64,000 bases of DNA, taken from positions 358,320-422,319 of the forward strand of contig NMRA01000084.1 of assembly GCA_002633005.1 (NCBI GenBank). The letters run 5' to 3'. The notes under the pieces were generated by a model that was not told the origin of the DNA, ran no database searches, and saw only the letters and a program-made list of their open reading frames with translations. The stretch is from Phoronis australis. Lineage: Eukaryota > Animalia > Phoronida. The position numbers and the translations under genes were made by a program. Numbering within the stretch: the stretch's first letter is position 1; every line of letters begins with the position of its first letter. Below, one piece after another: positions 40,701 through 55,300 of the stretch.

Positions 40701-43700
40701 CACAGTGTCTATAGCCATGCATGTGGAAAACTAACGTGAGGTCCTACAAAAGTCAGGTGTATCCCTGATGCACAGCAACAGTTTGCACAATGAAGACATG
40801 GGAAGTAGTACACGTCTCATATTGTTTCTCACATCCCAAGATGTCTAAATAAATAGTCTGGTGTCAATAATAGGGTTATCAACTTTATCAATGCAATAAT
40901 ATAATTAGTTCGAATTTTCTACAAATTTAGAAAATAAAGGAGCGCCGATAAAACAGACCTCAAGTAAGTAAATCCCAAATTGTCAATTTTTTCCTGAGCT
41001 GTAACTAAACTTGACTTTAAGACCTATTTAAAAATGGCAAATAGGAAAATTGTGTTCTTTGAAAAAATACTAGTTTGCAGAGGCTATGCAGGACTTCTGC
41101 GACAAAGCTGTGGATTCAGCTAACTGTCTGTGAAACCATAGGAAAATTTGTAGCATTGCATAATTTCTAGTAGTAGAAAGCCTGCAAAATTGATTTTTAA
41201 AATAGCGTCCCGTCACCATACCAATCCGTCATTAATTGTGTCTTTTAGTAACTATTCATAACAAAATTAAGGACAAGTACATTGATAGCAACAGTATCAA
41301 ATAAAATGGCCGAATTTCACCAAATATAAATTTCGAGACGATACCTCACAAAACGTTACAGCCGTTTTTTTTGGAAAATCCGTTTTATTCAACTCTTCAT
41401 TTTTTCATAAAAAATGAAAGTCTTATTTTCGATAGCCAATCATGCATAACTGGAACACTTCAAAATTCCAATTGAACCTCGTTTTGGAGAATAATGCGCA
41501 TGATGTGATATATGAAAGGTTCATATTAATTTGATCAACCATTTCTAAGATATGATTTAACCAAGTAAGCCAAATTCTGTCCTACAAAGTCTTAACGTTG
41601 CAAGTCATACAAACCAAACTATATAGGTTTCGATTTCTTACAAATCGTAGGCAATGGGTGCAAGAAAATGACGGTCAAATTTAGGCGACTAATTTTTTAT
41701 CAACTATGATTTCCAAGTCAACTTTTTGACATTTGTACAACGATTCATGTTTCAAAAGATCGCCATGGCATTAACGTTTTTTAAAGACAGTTTCACTGTT
41801 TATTTGGACAAAAACATTGATTCCTAGTGTGGGGTTTGCAGTACGCATTACATCCATATTGTAAGGAGAATTCCAGTTGAGCAGTTGATTCATCTATGCA
41901 TTAGTTAATAGGTCGCAGTACTTTAAACGACATATTGTCAATGTTCAATGCCGAGGAAGTTAAAAGACATAGTCTAGCGTAAACGACGAAGTTTGGGGGC
42001 GACATTTGTCAACACGGATCTTCTAACAATGACTTTAATCCTTAATGATGTTCTCAATCACGCACCCAAGGAGAAAACATCATTTATAATTTCATCCTAT
42101 AAGATATCCTCATTTGGACGTTTGCGATAACTTGTTAATCGGATCCGTTATGATGGAGTGGTTCCACATTCTTGCTGCCATCTACATTCACAGTGGGGGT
42201 CGTCTGCAGCGAAAATACGCCATGCAGCTAGCGCCATCTTTGAAAACCATTTTTTCTTGTTGTGGGGTAGAACCCTATTTTATTTGTTAATAGGGTGTGT
42301 TAACACTCCTAACTACTTTTGAAAAAAGACCAGGGTGAACAAGAGATCGCTGATTGCTTCAATGGTACGATTCGCGGCCGCTAAATTAATTTATTCTAGT
42401 TTAAGTTTGCGATTTCGGCTTGACCTAATTAGCTCTGCGTGGGTCTTCAAAGAAACTTCCAGTTGAGTCATACGCTTACAAAGTAGCAAAACAACTTTGA
42501 ACATACCACTGAAATAGCATAGTCTTAATTTCAGGCACGCCCACTTCTTATAAAAAGTAACGCCTTTGATACTAATCGTAGAAGTTTGAAATCTTTCAAA
42601 TCCTCTCTGCAGAAAAAAGACCGCTTGGACAATCTTGCGTCAACAAACGGCATGTCTTCAGCTGGAGAGCGTCCCACGTAAATAATCATAAACTTCCGTA
42701 ATATGGTGCGACTACCGCAGAGATGACAGACGTAGAACATATGTTTAAAAATGCTCCATTGTAGACGAAAATACCACAATGGACAGGATTCGTTGGGTGC
42801 GTTAAAGTTTGTGACGATCTTTTTGTTTTGTGTAAAACTTATATAGAGCTAAACTCGTTATGAAACAATGTATTATTTTCTTTTTTACTGAAATAATTGG
42901 AATTATTTTTTTGATTGTTTCCCATTTTAATCAATTCGCATATGCAAACAATAATGCGTGGTGGTCAGTGGGGGTTATTACGTCGAGAACGGTGATGTGC
43001 AAGCCGATTAAACACGAGCAAAAATGATGCATGTACACTTAGTTGCATTTCGACTTGCTTAGTTGACTCAAAAACATACAATCTTATTATGCCTTTTACT
43101 CTCATTAAATCGCCCTGATAATATGTTTACCATGACAGGGTTCAATTTCTGTTCCCACAAGAACTTTGAAACCGCCATCGATTCAAGAAAACGCTGTAGA
43201 GTTCATTGTGGTTTGAAAGCCCTAAAGTTCGAAAAATGACGCATGCGCGCTCGGGCTGTGACATGAGTTGGTAACGGAAATGGAATCGCACCACAGGAAC
43301 GCATATGCTAAGGTCGATTATATGAGAGTAAAACACCCAATCCACTTCTTGTTTACTAGTCAGCTAGAAAGAGCAAAAGTCATCTTTGTTTGAATGGCAA
43401 ATGGTAATTTTGTGTTACTGAGGTAGAAGACTCTAACTTAGAATTAAAAATTAACTTTGCTTACGTTCGGCAAATTAATTGAACATTCCTCCAGGTAAAT
43501 TTTCATTCTAAAAGATTTTTTTCAAAGTTAGTGTTTGATTTCAGCTGTCTTCGAAACATATATATATATATAAATAAACAGCCAATTATTTAGTAGGAGA
43601 CGACGCTCTCTTGTTAAATAAAATAAACCGTTTTAAACAACTTTTACACTTGTCTCTTCTTCTGCGGAAATCTTAATGAGTATATCATCTCAAAACCTAG

Positions 43701-44053
43701 ATTTAAATTCACGGTAATAGCTACATCTACAGGTATAGTGGACAACTTCAAATTAAGACCGATTGCAGGTCGGTTTAATTACGCCTGTGATCCCCTTTCG
43801 ACTATACAATAACTATCGAATACAAGGATTTGATTTTTGTGACGGTCGCAAAATTCAATAAAAAATTCGACACCGCGCAGCAAAACGAGAAGTTAAAAGT
43901 CATGTTACCCAAAACAACCTTCGTCACACCTTTAACAGTAAGATGAACTATCTGGTTTGATTTCATGGAGACACCCATTGCCACGTTTGCACAATTCAGA
44001 TCACGATAGCAGCAGTGGACCGGGATGTTGCATGAGCGGCGCAGGACTAAAAT

Positions 44054-44100
44054 AAGTGAGGGCCTATAGCCCCCCAGCCCCGTTTGGTTTGCCGCCTATG
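44054..44100 (-). mobile_element. G-rich terminal-repeat-like sequence of a probable MITE/DNA-transposon relic (related copy at 57872-57918 on +)
   Basis: The reverse complement CATAGGCGGC...GGGGCTGGGGGGCTATAGGCCCTCACTT aligns with GGGGCTGTAGGGGGTGGGTATAGCCCCCACTT at 57885-57916. No transposase ORF is visible. Confidence 0.4.
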
Positions 44101-44494
44101 AATTGACACCAATAGTTGTTGGAAGTATGTAACCAGGCCCCGTACATTTTGAAAATACGCATTTCCAAAATAGGACTGTAGAATACCTGGAGACTACAGA
44201 CGTAAAATGCATTCTCGTTCTTTCTGATTCTTCTACATGCTCAAATATCGCTTTTAGGCCACTGGCTTCATTCGTTACCAAGCGACAGCGCCGGAACAAG
44301 GCTGGTCGGGGCCCCTCAGCTATAGATATTTGAGGGTATAGGTCACTTGAACTGCTCCATCTTCACAATGTTTCCACCTCATCATTGTAAAAGTCACATT
44401 TTACCAAAAACACCAAATTCCGCGAAGCATTGTAGAATTTAAAACCGATAGTCGGAATTCTCTTAAAGATACCATTTCCGTTCCATTTTAGTTC

Positions 44495-44833
44495 AAAACT
44501 TCATCAAACGGATTCCAACGCAAGTTATTTACGGTTCAGTCGCAATATGAGCCCATAATAATTTTCCACAACTCATGATATTTTCTAACTTAACTGAATT
44601 CAATATGTTTCTAGTTATTTTTTGTGGTGCACCACCACCTAAAGTGGCCACCGTAGTGAGTCGATGAAAGCTGACTCATGCAATATGGGTACTCGCTAAG
44701 CTCGCGTCATGTCGTTGAAAACCCCGCAAACTTAAAGGAGAAATTAACACTAAAATAAGGACAAGCACAAACAGTGTAGAAAATTTAAACACATTTGCAT
44801 TTCAGTGACATCTTTCGACTGGCAAAGCTCATT
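44495..44833 (+). repeat. Dispersed repeat family A, copy 2
   Basis: See copy 1. The best-conserved core is 44625-44700 versus 14741-14810. Confidence 0.75.
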
Positions 44834-46815
44834 CTGTGTAACGTATTAGAAAGTGTAAATTTAAGACAAACTCAGCTTTACTATATATAGCGCAGTGTAC
44901 TGAGCTGGCATAGAATAAAAATGTGATAGAAATATAAAATTAGTGTACACGATTAAATCATGAAAAGTTGATATTTCACTGCAATATTTCTGCAATAAAT
45001 CTGACACCTAAAACCACAGCAGTAAACAATTGGAATAAAGTGGGTAGCATTGATAGATAAACTTTTACGTACGTACTTTGAGAAAATGTCTGATAAAAAG
45101 TGTCGCTTTACCCTATGACTGCATATATCCAACTAGCAGGGTTAAGAGTTAAAACAGAGGTAATGCATTGTATTCCAACATCAAAAAAACTGTCGAGTTT
45201 AAGGGGGACAGAACAGTTCTCATTCAGTTTTGGCTATCAGAAGACACACTCGGGGGGGGGGGCTCGAAACTAGCGCCCCATTTGACGAAGTAGGCAAAAA
45301 GGTCCACTTCGGAGAAACAAATAGTCCGGGAAAACGATACAAAATTCCACTTATGTCGAAAAGCGTATGCAAAGAACGAAAAGATCTGAGACATTTCACA
45401 TCAAAAGTCCTACAGATGAGCCCAGAGACTTTTATTCTGCCACTCATTCTACTGAAAACCGAGGTACTCTAGATGGGAAAGAAAACACAAAATCAGCACC
45501 TTTCATTCCGAAACCACCACTTGCCTTCTGATGTGCGACACAAGCTAACGTTAGATTCTGGAAGCGAAGTTCCTACAGATTCCAAAAATGTTGTCTAAAT
45601 GCACTGTCTTCCAAGCATTTTTTTAAATCCTGTTTTGTTTGGAAGCTATCTGAAATGACTTCTCGGTGCTGCCATGCAGTGCTAGTGCCCAGATGCAACT
45701 GGGGCAGTCATCTTGAAGAAGAGTGCAACTACAGCAGGGCAAGGGAATTTTTGATTCCCAGCCTGTTCAAAAATACAAACAAACTAGATTCACTAAGCCT
45801 CCATGCAACGTCTACCTCAAAGCTGCCCCCAAACCTGACCGACTCCTAGAATTCTGTGGCCATGCATATTTTGCCGCGGCTGCAGTCACTACCTCCTTTA
45901 ACACTCTACATGGGGAATATTATCGTGAGCCATATTTTGACTCTCGTGGTGATATCACCCTGTACTTGAAACCTGAATTTTCCCTGGACTTGAAACTGAA
46001 CAGCAAGGAACATGAAAAGATGTGTATGGTCAGTCATTTCACTGAGACAACTCGCTTTATATCATTTAAGTCTAGACCAATCGGCGCCCTTTAGTTTGTG
46101 AGCATGGGACGTCGACATTTAGATCGAAGTATGGGACACCGTAGTCCCCGTTTGCCATGTCCCATTTAAGCCGTGGGTATTCAAATTTGTATCAAGCGCC
46201 ACCTAATGACTTGCTGGAGAACTGCGTGTACAAATATTATCAGGAAAAGAAACAATTTGTAAATAAATTGCAGTTTTAAAGAAAACAACACAATTGATAC
46301 TCTTAAAAACAAGTGTTAACAATTATAAACTTATTAATTCAAAATAGTACGCAATCGCTATTTGATAATGACATAAACAAATAATAAAATCTATTCCTTG
46401 TTTCATTAGGGAAACTATGAAATATTACCATACTAATTCACTTAAAAAAGTCTCGCAAAAGGAGACTTTCGCGAGTTTGTAAATGGTAACTGGTTCTAGG
46501 ATGGTTTCCAGAAACCCCGAAGACCCGGGCTTGTTTGTAAACTAGTACTTCATTTGCATATGCAATATTTAATGAGATATAGTATCTTTAACATACGGAG
46601 TGGCGTTAATGTCAATAGAGAGCTGCTAATTTGTAATGGAATACTGTGCAATATAATATTTTGAGAAAATGCTGACATGAACGTTAATTAATTCAGGCAT
46701 TGGAATTGTCGGGAAACACACTTCGTGGATAATCAACAGGAATTGGATTGACATTGTCACTTCGTCTGCTGAACCAATCACACGTGAAGCCAAAAACAAA
46801 AAAATGATGTGAATA

Positions 46816-46863
46816 TCTGTCTGTCTGTCTGTCTGCCTGCTTTTCTGTCTGTCTGTTTGTCTG
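46816..46863. repeat. Imperfect (TCTG)n microsatellite
   Basis: Directly visible. Confidence 0.85.
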
Positions 46864-49292
46864 GCCATTTGTCCTTGTATCTCTTTACATGTATCTAACT
46901 GCTCAAATTTTCTAATACCGTTTATTCGTGAACAAAACGTTTGCGAGGCTTGATATGGAAAGCGAGGACTTCCAACAAGTTATAAATAAAATTCCTCGTC
47001 ATGTGTGTGTTCCGATGCCTGGCGAGATGGCGAAAGCAATATTACGCACTATTTGTCTGTCGTGTGTGTCTGTTACATCTTTACGTAAACATCCCAATAA
47101 CAGTCGATTTAGCTATCAGTCGGGCTGGGGTGTTCTGACAATCAAAACCACCCCGGAGTGATACACACGTCGACAGGGAAAATCGGTGTATGTTATGCAA
47201 TCGTTTATCGTTGATGAGCAAATCTGGCAGGAGAAACCGTTTGATGTTTTCTGTCAAACAATTGCCTGGTCTGGACATTTTGTGTTGAGAAAGAATCATT
47301 TTGTAATTTGGTACGAAAACGAGAAGTTAATTTGTCAAAATTTCCGTTTCGCCCACCTGTACGAATTAGACTGAGCATTTTGCGAACATGTACGCGGTAA
47401 GTATTGTCAGACGGTGTGCTTCAAGCAAACAAACCAGCAAGAAATTTATGCGGAGGGAATTCTGGTAGTAGACTTGGCTTATCCTGATTATCTAATCCAA
47501 ATCAATCTGATGAACGTATCACATCACCTGTTTGCGTGACAACGTAGCTCTTGCGTACTCGAATACATCAAAATTACTGAGTACGCCTACCACGTAACTA
47601 GCTTGAATAGCTTGGTCCCAAAAATAAGAGAAAACTATTGACCAAACCTAAACAAATTTTCTTGAAAAAAATGCGTATGTTTAGTTTGATTGAGTTGACC
47701 GGTTGTCGCAAAGGATGATTCGAATTCTAAGAATTTAGTGTTGTACACAACGCTACATAGTTAATTTGAAATTAAAACAATTAAAGTTAAGATGAAATGT
47801 ACACAATGAAACTTGTGAGATCCCCACTGCCGTTATCATCTTTTCCACATAGTTCGCAATGTTCTGTCCGACTTAATTTGGTGCTTTAAAAAGTTCGTTG
47901 AAATGTTTTTTGAAAAGCAAATTAGAATTGTTTATGGTGTCACGTGGTCTGACGGGACACAGATAACTTCTATCATGAACAAACTTCGGTTCAGCAATGA
48001 GGATTACGCTGTGGCCAAGTTGAAATTATTTAATAGACACGCGGATTACTTTGAAGAATTGTTTGGATTTAACTTCTGAATTGAATGTAATAACATTTCA
48101 TGCAGCCGGTGTCACAGTTTATGTGAGAAGACAAGATTTTTTGGATTGTTTCAACTATAACTATTTTGTAACAAGTTCAATAATTGTTAAGGGTTGTTTT
48201 AGGTAAAATAAAACGACATGAATATGTGCAATTTTTCAAGCACTTAATTTCATACAACCGCACACGACGAAATTAAAATAATTAAACTTTAGAGGCACAT
48301 TGAGTGCTTAGTATACATGTAGGCGTGATTTTTGAACGTCATCGCAACTATGGTGTGCCAGACGAAAATGTGCCCTAGATTAATAAACTTGTACATGTAC
48401 AGAACTGGAATATAAATTACATGTGCATACAAATTGAAACTATAACTGTTGCTGAACTTATAGGGTTTTGAATTCTTCAACTTCCAATTCATTGCCAGAT
48501 TCACAATCAAACGTGACACAAGCTGACTTGTAAACGTGCTATCAATATTAAAGTAGAAATCCTCTGCTGTAAATTATAAATTCACCAATTCCCCCCTCCT
48601 TCCCATACGCAGATTACATGAAATTTTAAAGTAAAAGCTGAACGATAACTGACGATTTGAATTTCCTGCAATACTTGCACATACGGGTTTTTTCGTGTTC
48701 TTCTGAAGGTTAATGAACGAACATTCATGTGGAGAAATGAAACTGTCTAGTTAATTGGCAATGTAATACTTTTTGCGATGTACCGTAAATACATAGCGCG
48801 CGAGCTCGTGGGCTTTCATATGTGATGGTGCTAAGCTGTGCCTATTCCTGGGAGTTAACGTGCGTGCCTAGCCATGTGAAACATTCGAGGCAACATGTTT
48901 ACAATATGTCCTCACTAATGTGTCACAAAATGGGGGTGTTGGCATGCATAACTTGAAAATAACTTTTTAATGTTTAAATTTATCAAGAAAGAACTAAATT
49001 ACACCTAAAAGACCCCGTTTGCGACATGTGCAAATACAAGGTGCAACCAGTTACTGATAAATAAGCTTAGGCGAATGCGCCTGTGCAAAATATGGAAAAT
49101 TATCTAAAAACGCGTTTTCGGATATAGACGCATGGCATAATGGGTAATGAGAAAAACACAAAGACATGAACAAATATGAACAAAACATAACATAACATAA
49201 CATAACAACAATGTTCTAATAACGCAACAGAAGGACTTCGTGGCAGAAACATCAACATGTATTGAATATCAGTGAAGTTCCACTATTAAAAC

Positions 49293-49362
49293 ATATCAAA
49301 TAAACACAGAAATATCAGGAACCCAAACTGAGGTTCCTGATTTTTCTGTGTTTATTTGATAT
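49293..49362. repeat. Near-perfect inverted repeat: 31-bp arms, 1 mismatch, 8-nt loop
   Basis: ATATCAAATAAACACAGAAATATCAGGAACC-caaactga-GGTTCCTGATTTTTCTGTGTTTATTTGATAT. Confidence 0.95.
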
Positions 49363-52300
49363 ATTTCATTACTAGCCAACCTCAGCGTCTATTTATTTAA
49401 AACAGTTGTTTTAAAGCATAGAAAGGCACTAAATTTATAACATTGGTCGGACACCACGAGAGTAAAACGAGTGCCCAGGGTCAAATTGTTGTACTCGGTA
49501 TCGATCTCTAAATTGTTTTGACATTTTCTATTTCACTTTTGCGCTAAAACAAGATAAGTGTCTGTTATTCTATGCAAGAGAAAATAATGGCTCAAAGGTA
49601 TACTCGGGAACTGTTTAAGCCTAGTATGCACTTGGCGACCCGGGATTGAGGCTAAAGGTTCGAGTCTGAACTCGCCGGAATTCTCGAGTTTTTACTCGAG
49701 TATGTACCACAAAGCATGTGTCATCAGTGCGAATTTGGACAAGGCATGCATATGGACAAACCTTGATGTAGCCGTGCATAACTAACAGACGATTACATTC
49801 AGGTTGCAGAAACGTAGAACGGAAATGCCAAAAATAATCTCGGTTTCCATTTCGAGTACACACATTACAAATGTTGAAATTCAAAATGAATTTGATTGAT
49901 TAAATTAATTAATTCGTGAATGGGGGAATGTAGAGCACAGCTATACATCTCGGTGAGAAATGTAGCTTTTTTCGGAAATCAGCATTGGTGCGAAAACCAA
50001 CTCACAGCAGCTGAATGTTTTGCCGCTAAGCCGAACTGGTCCCTCGTCAAACTAAATAGCGGAGCGATAAAACCTTGATTAAATGGTAAACACACCGACT
50101 TTGATTTCAGAGAATGTCTGGCAGACAACTGACGATTTCAAGTGAAATCATATGTTCAACGGTTTTTGTTGTTTCGTATCTCTTGTCGATGCTATTATCT
50201 TCAACTACGATCCGAAAAAAACGTGTTTCGGTACTAAAACTGGTAATGTTCCTTTAAAGTGTTCTACGAATGACGTAATAGAAAAGGGAAAAATTGTTCC
50301 GGTAAATGCTCTGTTATGACCAGTAAAATTCCGGCAGTTCTGATATAGAGGAAGAAAAGAGTTGGCGTCCTAGGCTTGGATATTTTCAAATATTATTGTC
50401 GCTAGACTGTGTTGGCCTCAATTCAACACGACGCCTTGTGACTAAATGACGACATACGTAGTTGATTGAAAACCACGATAAGTTGTCAATGCGATGTTGT
50501 ATAATATTCACGCATCAATGAACACGGATCAGTAACTGAACTTCAAATACGTCAACAAGGGTCAGATAGGGCTGCAATCTAAGGTCGAAACTATGTGTTT
50601 TCAGGTTCTTTGCTTGAATTGTCTGAATCTATGTTTTCTTTCGTTTTTTTGAATTGTTTTGAGTTAAAATACATAAGTTTTATTAGTTTCAACAAACACG
50701 TTTACTTTGATCGCCAAATCAATTGTTCACAAAGGTGGGCAGGTTTGACCATCACGAATAATAAATATTCATCACGAAGAGTGCCGGTGACCTGTGTTTC
50801 GGAAAACGACCAATAGCGAAATTGACGTGTTGCTAACTTCGACGATTGGTCACAAGTATATCTGACGTATTGATTAACTCGATGAGCTTAAAGATTTCAT
50901 AGAACTTCAAATTCGCTAATACTTAGGCACGTCCAAAGTCGCCTGTAAAAAGTTTCACTTTGTCGATCCAAACATAATTGTCAAGTTCGCTATTCTAATC
51001 AATCTGCGATACGGTCAAGCGATCACTGAAATTCAAAAGCGACTATTCGTATAGGTTTGACAATGTTTCAGATTTTCTAGGGGACCCAGTTTACCCAGGC
51101 TATACACGGCTTCTGTCAGATAGTACATTTGAGGCACGGCTTTGGGATATTTGGTATCTTGCTCAAACATGTATAACGTCGGTTTGTTTCGATTTTAGGC
51201 GTAATTCGCCAAACTTGTGTGCAGAAAGTTTAAGAGCAAGCAATCGATTAACTTTAAAACAACATTTCAAACCTTGGAACTGGAATGGCAAAGAAAGATT
51301 ATTTGGAAAATAGCATGAAACGTTTTAGATTGCCCCTTGATCAAGTTTAATAAACCGCCATGCTCGTAGGTGGTTGAAATCGTTCGTCCAACCATGCAAA
51401 ACAATCTCATGCCTAATAAACCAACAAAACATCTGAGGTTCCAGGAATACATGTACACGATATGACACAGATCTATGCAGACAATGATGTACCAAACATT
51501 TGTCATGAACAGCCGTCCAAGTTCAGACGAATTTGCCATTGACAGGGGTGGATTATTCACTGATGGAATCTGTTATTCCCATACTAGCGCAGAACAGGTG
51601 CCCTGAAACCCTTGCAAACCCACGCCACCAACCTTCTTTGATAACCACAACGACGTGGTTGTTTTTCGATTCACATTTTATATTCTTGAAAACAAATCGT
51701 CGTAATAGAACGTAACGGTGCTCAGGCGCAAGTATGGGCAGATGAGCTGAACTTTGCGGACTTATTTTGAGTGTTTTACATAAGGCTGTAACACAGTGAT
51801 GGACATAGTACAACAGTCTTTCAAACTTAAGATGGCGGAACAGAAACAATAACAACGAAAAGAAAAGGCGCTAACTGTTAGGAAATGTTTGGTGACTGCC
51901 CTGACTTTCGTTGCCAGTAACGCAAAAATTAATTGATAGTGCATCTGACGTATACAATTTTTGTGTACGATTATAGGATTAGGGACAGTGACTTTGGAAA
52001 GAAAATTCCCAATACTAAAGATCTCTGTTCTCACCACCTATATCAACGCTATATAAAATATGCAGTTTTGCATGGTACAAACAAATGGTACTGCACAAAC
52101 AAAGTATTAAAATCTACACTCTAACAACAGGTTCACGCAAATGTACACGTAGCCTACTAACCGTTGGCCGAGCTCCATGTCAACTTCTTACTCGACATTG
52201 ATTGGTGCTTCATGTTTACTATTGCGTTTGGACGGTTTCTGGTATTTGAATACAAACACAGTCTAGTAGCCTAAAAAGAACGATGAAATAATTCGAACTA

Positions 52301-55300
52301 TGTAGCATATACTGAACGGCTACCGCTCTCTTTACGACGGTGAGGCAAATGGAGGACACGCGCACTGATGTTCTTTTGTCGAGGCAAGCTGTTTCGCTGA
52401 ACGGGGAACATTTAGCTTAATTCTCGTTTGCGGTGATTTGTGGCTAGTGGAAAATTATTACTCAAAAGCTATGAGTATGGGAATGGTGAATTATGTCCTG
52501 AACAACTGGTCTCTGACTTTAGATCAGCAGTAGCCAATTGTCGATGATAATGCAGGTCACGTGGCCACTCGTATCCAATGGCAGTGTGATCTTGTCTGGC
52601 GGACATTCATAAATCTAATTGCTCGGATTCCGTAGTCTAGATGTGGGTGGCTTACATAAAACGGAGCTTTATGTCCTCCCCAGTGAAATTATGGCGGAGG
52701 GAAATAAAACAATTTGTAGTTGTAGTAGAACTTTTCGTGGAAATCTTGTTAGAATAACCTCTTCTGAGTGGTCAGCAGAGTTCTTCTGACCAAAACTTAG
52801 TTGAAAGTAGTGTCGAGGTTCAAGCTCACCATCACCTGGGAAACCAATCAAACTATCTTGTTGGATGCCTTGTTGATAATATACTTTCAGTACACTGTTT
52901 TGCCTGTACCACCCTGTCTTATTACTTGAAAATTTACTGCCGTGACATGCTCGCTGCATCTGTTGGTACAAATGGATCTGCCTCAGCTGAAATAATTCAA
53001 AAACATAGAAACTACGGCGGGTGCAGCTGATACGAAATTCGCAGTGATTGTTTAGATTTCGTTCGCAAGTATTTATTTATTCAACCAATTTAGTGTAACT
53101 GCTATCCCTTAATAACCCGGATAATTATAAACAGTGGTGTTTGATATATGTTATAAAGTGTTGGATAATTTAGAAAGACATTGACGATGAAATCGTACAT
53201 TGAACTTTCTGAATGTTTCAATCATCATGCCAGATTGTTTTTGCCAGTGACGGAATAAGGTTTCTTGTGGCCCTGAGGTTTAGGAAGACTGTGCGCCCTG
53301 GTAATTTCAGATTCTATCGAGATGCTACATTTTTCAAACTTCCCTTGGTCGACGCCATTTTCACCCAAATATTGCAAGGCGAAACGCCGATGACGGCCAA
53401 ACGGGGGACCTGATTTGTGAGGGGTCCTGAGCTATAGCTATTCTGCGGTACCGGTGTTGGTGTAACAGTTCACTATGCCTATTCTTATGTTATGAATATC
53501 GGTTTAGTAGTGTAAACGGATATGAACGAGTAGGTGTGTCGAAGTGCGGTTTAGCATATCTTTGGATTAAAAGGCAGGTGGAACTGCCAACGAAGTGAAG
53601 TTTCTGAGAAGTTACAAACAAATTAATAAACCACAGCCAACATATAACTGAACGTGTTTTACGAATACCCATGTTAGCGAATAAATCTTGTAAAACTAAT
53701 CCATGGAAAGGAATGACTTGCCGCAGTTTGCTTTCAAATCGATCAACCCATTTTCTAGTTTAATATATTAAATTTTAAATGGAAAACTGCCAAGGTGAGT
53801 AGTGTTTTTATATCACCCGTATATTAGGTTGACACGGGTATTTACTTTGCCTGTTTAAATTTCGTTAGAATATCTGCATTCACAATGACGTGTAAACCGA
53901 GTTGAACTAACTAATAACTTCAAAGCACCAACGCCATCATCGAACCGCCACTTCAATTACTGTACATAATGTTGGCATATTTTTAAAAGAAATAAAATAT
54001 GGAAGTTTAATATGCCGCCATGATTATTGAATTGTGAGGTTTGTTTGGGTGCAATCAGTGCATAGTTTTTCTGCACTTATTAAACAATGTACCTCTGTGT
54101 GAAATTCTCGTCAGGAACCGTGCCTCGGATTTTGTGCACATTGGAATTAACAGCACTTGTTGACGGAAAGGTGGACAAGATAAAAAACGACGTCGGAAAT
54201 GCCGCTTTCAGGGCGCATGTGGGCATTTTGCATTTCAGGAATTGTGATTGACTCCTCCCTTCGCCGTGCTATGTCCTAACTCCAACAGTCGGGCTCGAAA
54301 ACTAATCAAAAATACCATATAAATAAGCCAATGTCTTGTTTGAAATGTGGATTAATTCGGAATCGAAGATTCTCTAAATATACTAATTTCATGTTTGTAT
54401 CGGATTTAAAACTAATTTGTTATCCACGAAGCCCTAAGATAAGCAATGTCCATAGCTCTTTCATCTCCAAGGAGTATTTTGGGGACATGCGTGTATAGGC
54501 ACAATTTAAGGTTTTTTCTTCGGTGCTGTAGTTCAGGTGGTGTTTTATTGAAATGAAAAAAATATTAAGATTGACACAATAGTAATGAAATATAGATTTA
54601 TTTCCATCAGATGCTATCTTGCTCACCAAGCCATTGCCTAGGTGAGACGGGACGGGTGGTGAACAACGCGGCCACCGATTGAGTAATGCCCCTTTCGACC
54701 ACCCGTTATTGGACATGAAAGGCTCCGCACCTTATGAAAAATGATCATCGGCTTCATGTGACAAGCAATACGTCAGAATTTCGTGTTTTTATGTTAAAAA
54801 CCTGGAGCTTCATGTATTCAACCTGCTGAACGAGGGACCACACAAATAGGCTGACACAGATTTGCCTGGGTGGAAACTAATTCTGTGAACATTTGTGATA
54901 AATTGCCAGTTCATTTGTTTACGTCACATGCTGTGCAGTGAAATCAAAGTGCCTTCAATTTTATTGTAACAGAATCTGCTAGATAACGTTAGCTATGCTA
55001 TTGGACATTACATTTTGTATTGATTCAGCAACATGAGGTAGAATATTTCTCTTTTTATGAATTATTCTAATATTCTTGTAGTTTACTTGATTAATACTAC
55101 TAATGAAAAAGCTATCGTATTGTCAAAAATTTCCAATAGAGATATTTAACTAAAACCCATGATGTTTTTATCTTTGATGATTTTGTTTGAAACTCACTTT
55201 AACGCGTGAAACCCATGCCAAATCCAGAATTCTCTTCATATGGAAATAACTTTTTAGGAAAACTTATCAAAGAAGTCCCACTAGGGGGCAGCAGTGAGGT

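Noticed and set aside
43695-43738. TCTACAGGTAT, resembling the end of miR-993-3p
   Set aside because: No complementary 5p arm and no GAAGCTC 5' end.
45220-46094. Cluster of ORFs as a possible transposase or gene remnant
   Set aside because: Frames are interrupted by many stops and no domain is recognisable. Probably repeat-derived non-coding DNA.
49588-49667. Pol III A-box/B-box pair (TGGCTCAAAGG ... GGTTCGAGTC); similar hints near 17750, 52765-52825 and 59200
   Set aside because: No cloverleaf, so not a tRNA. These may be degenerate SINE fragments, but that cannot be supported without a repeat library.
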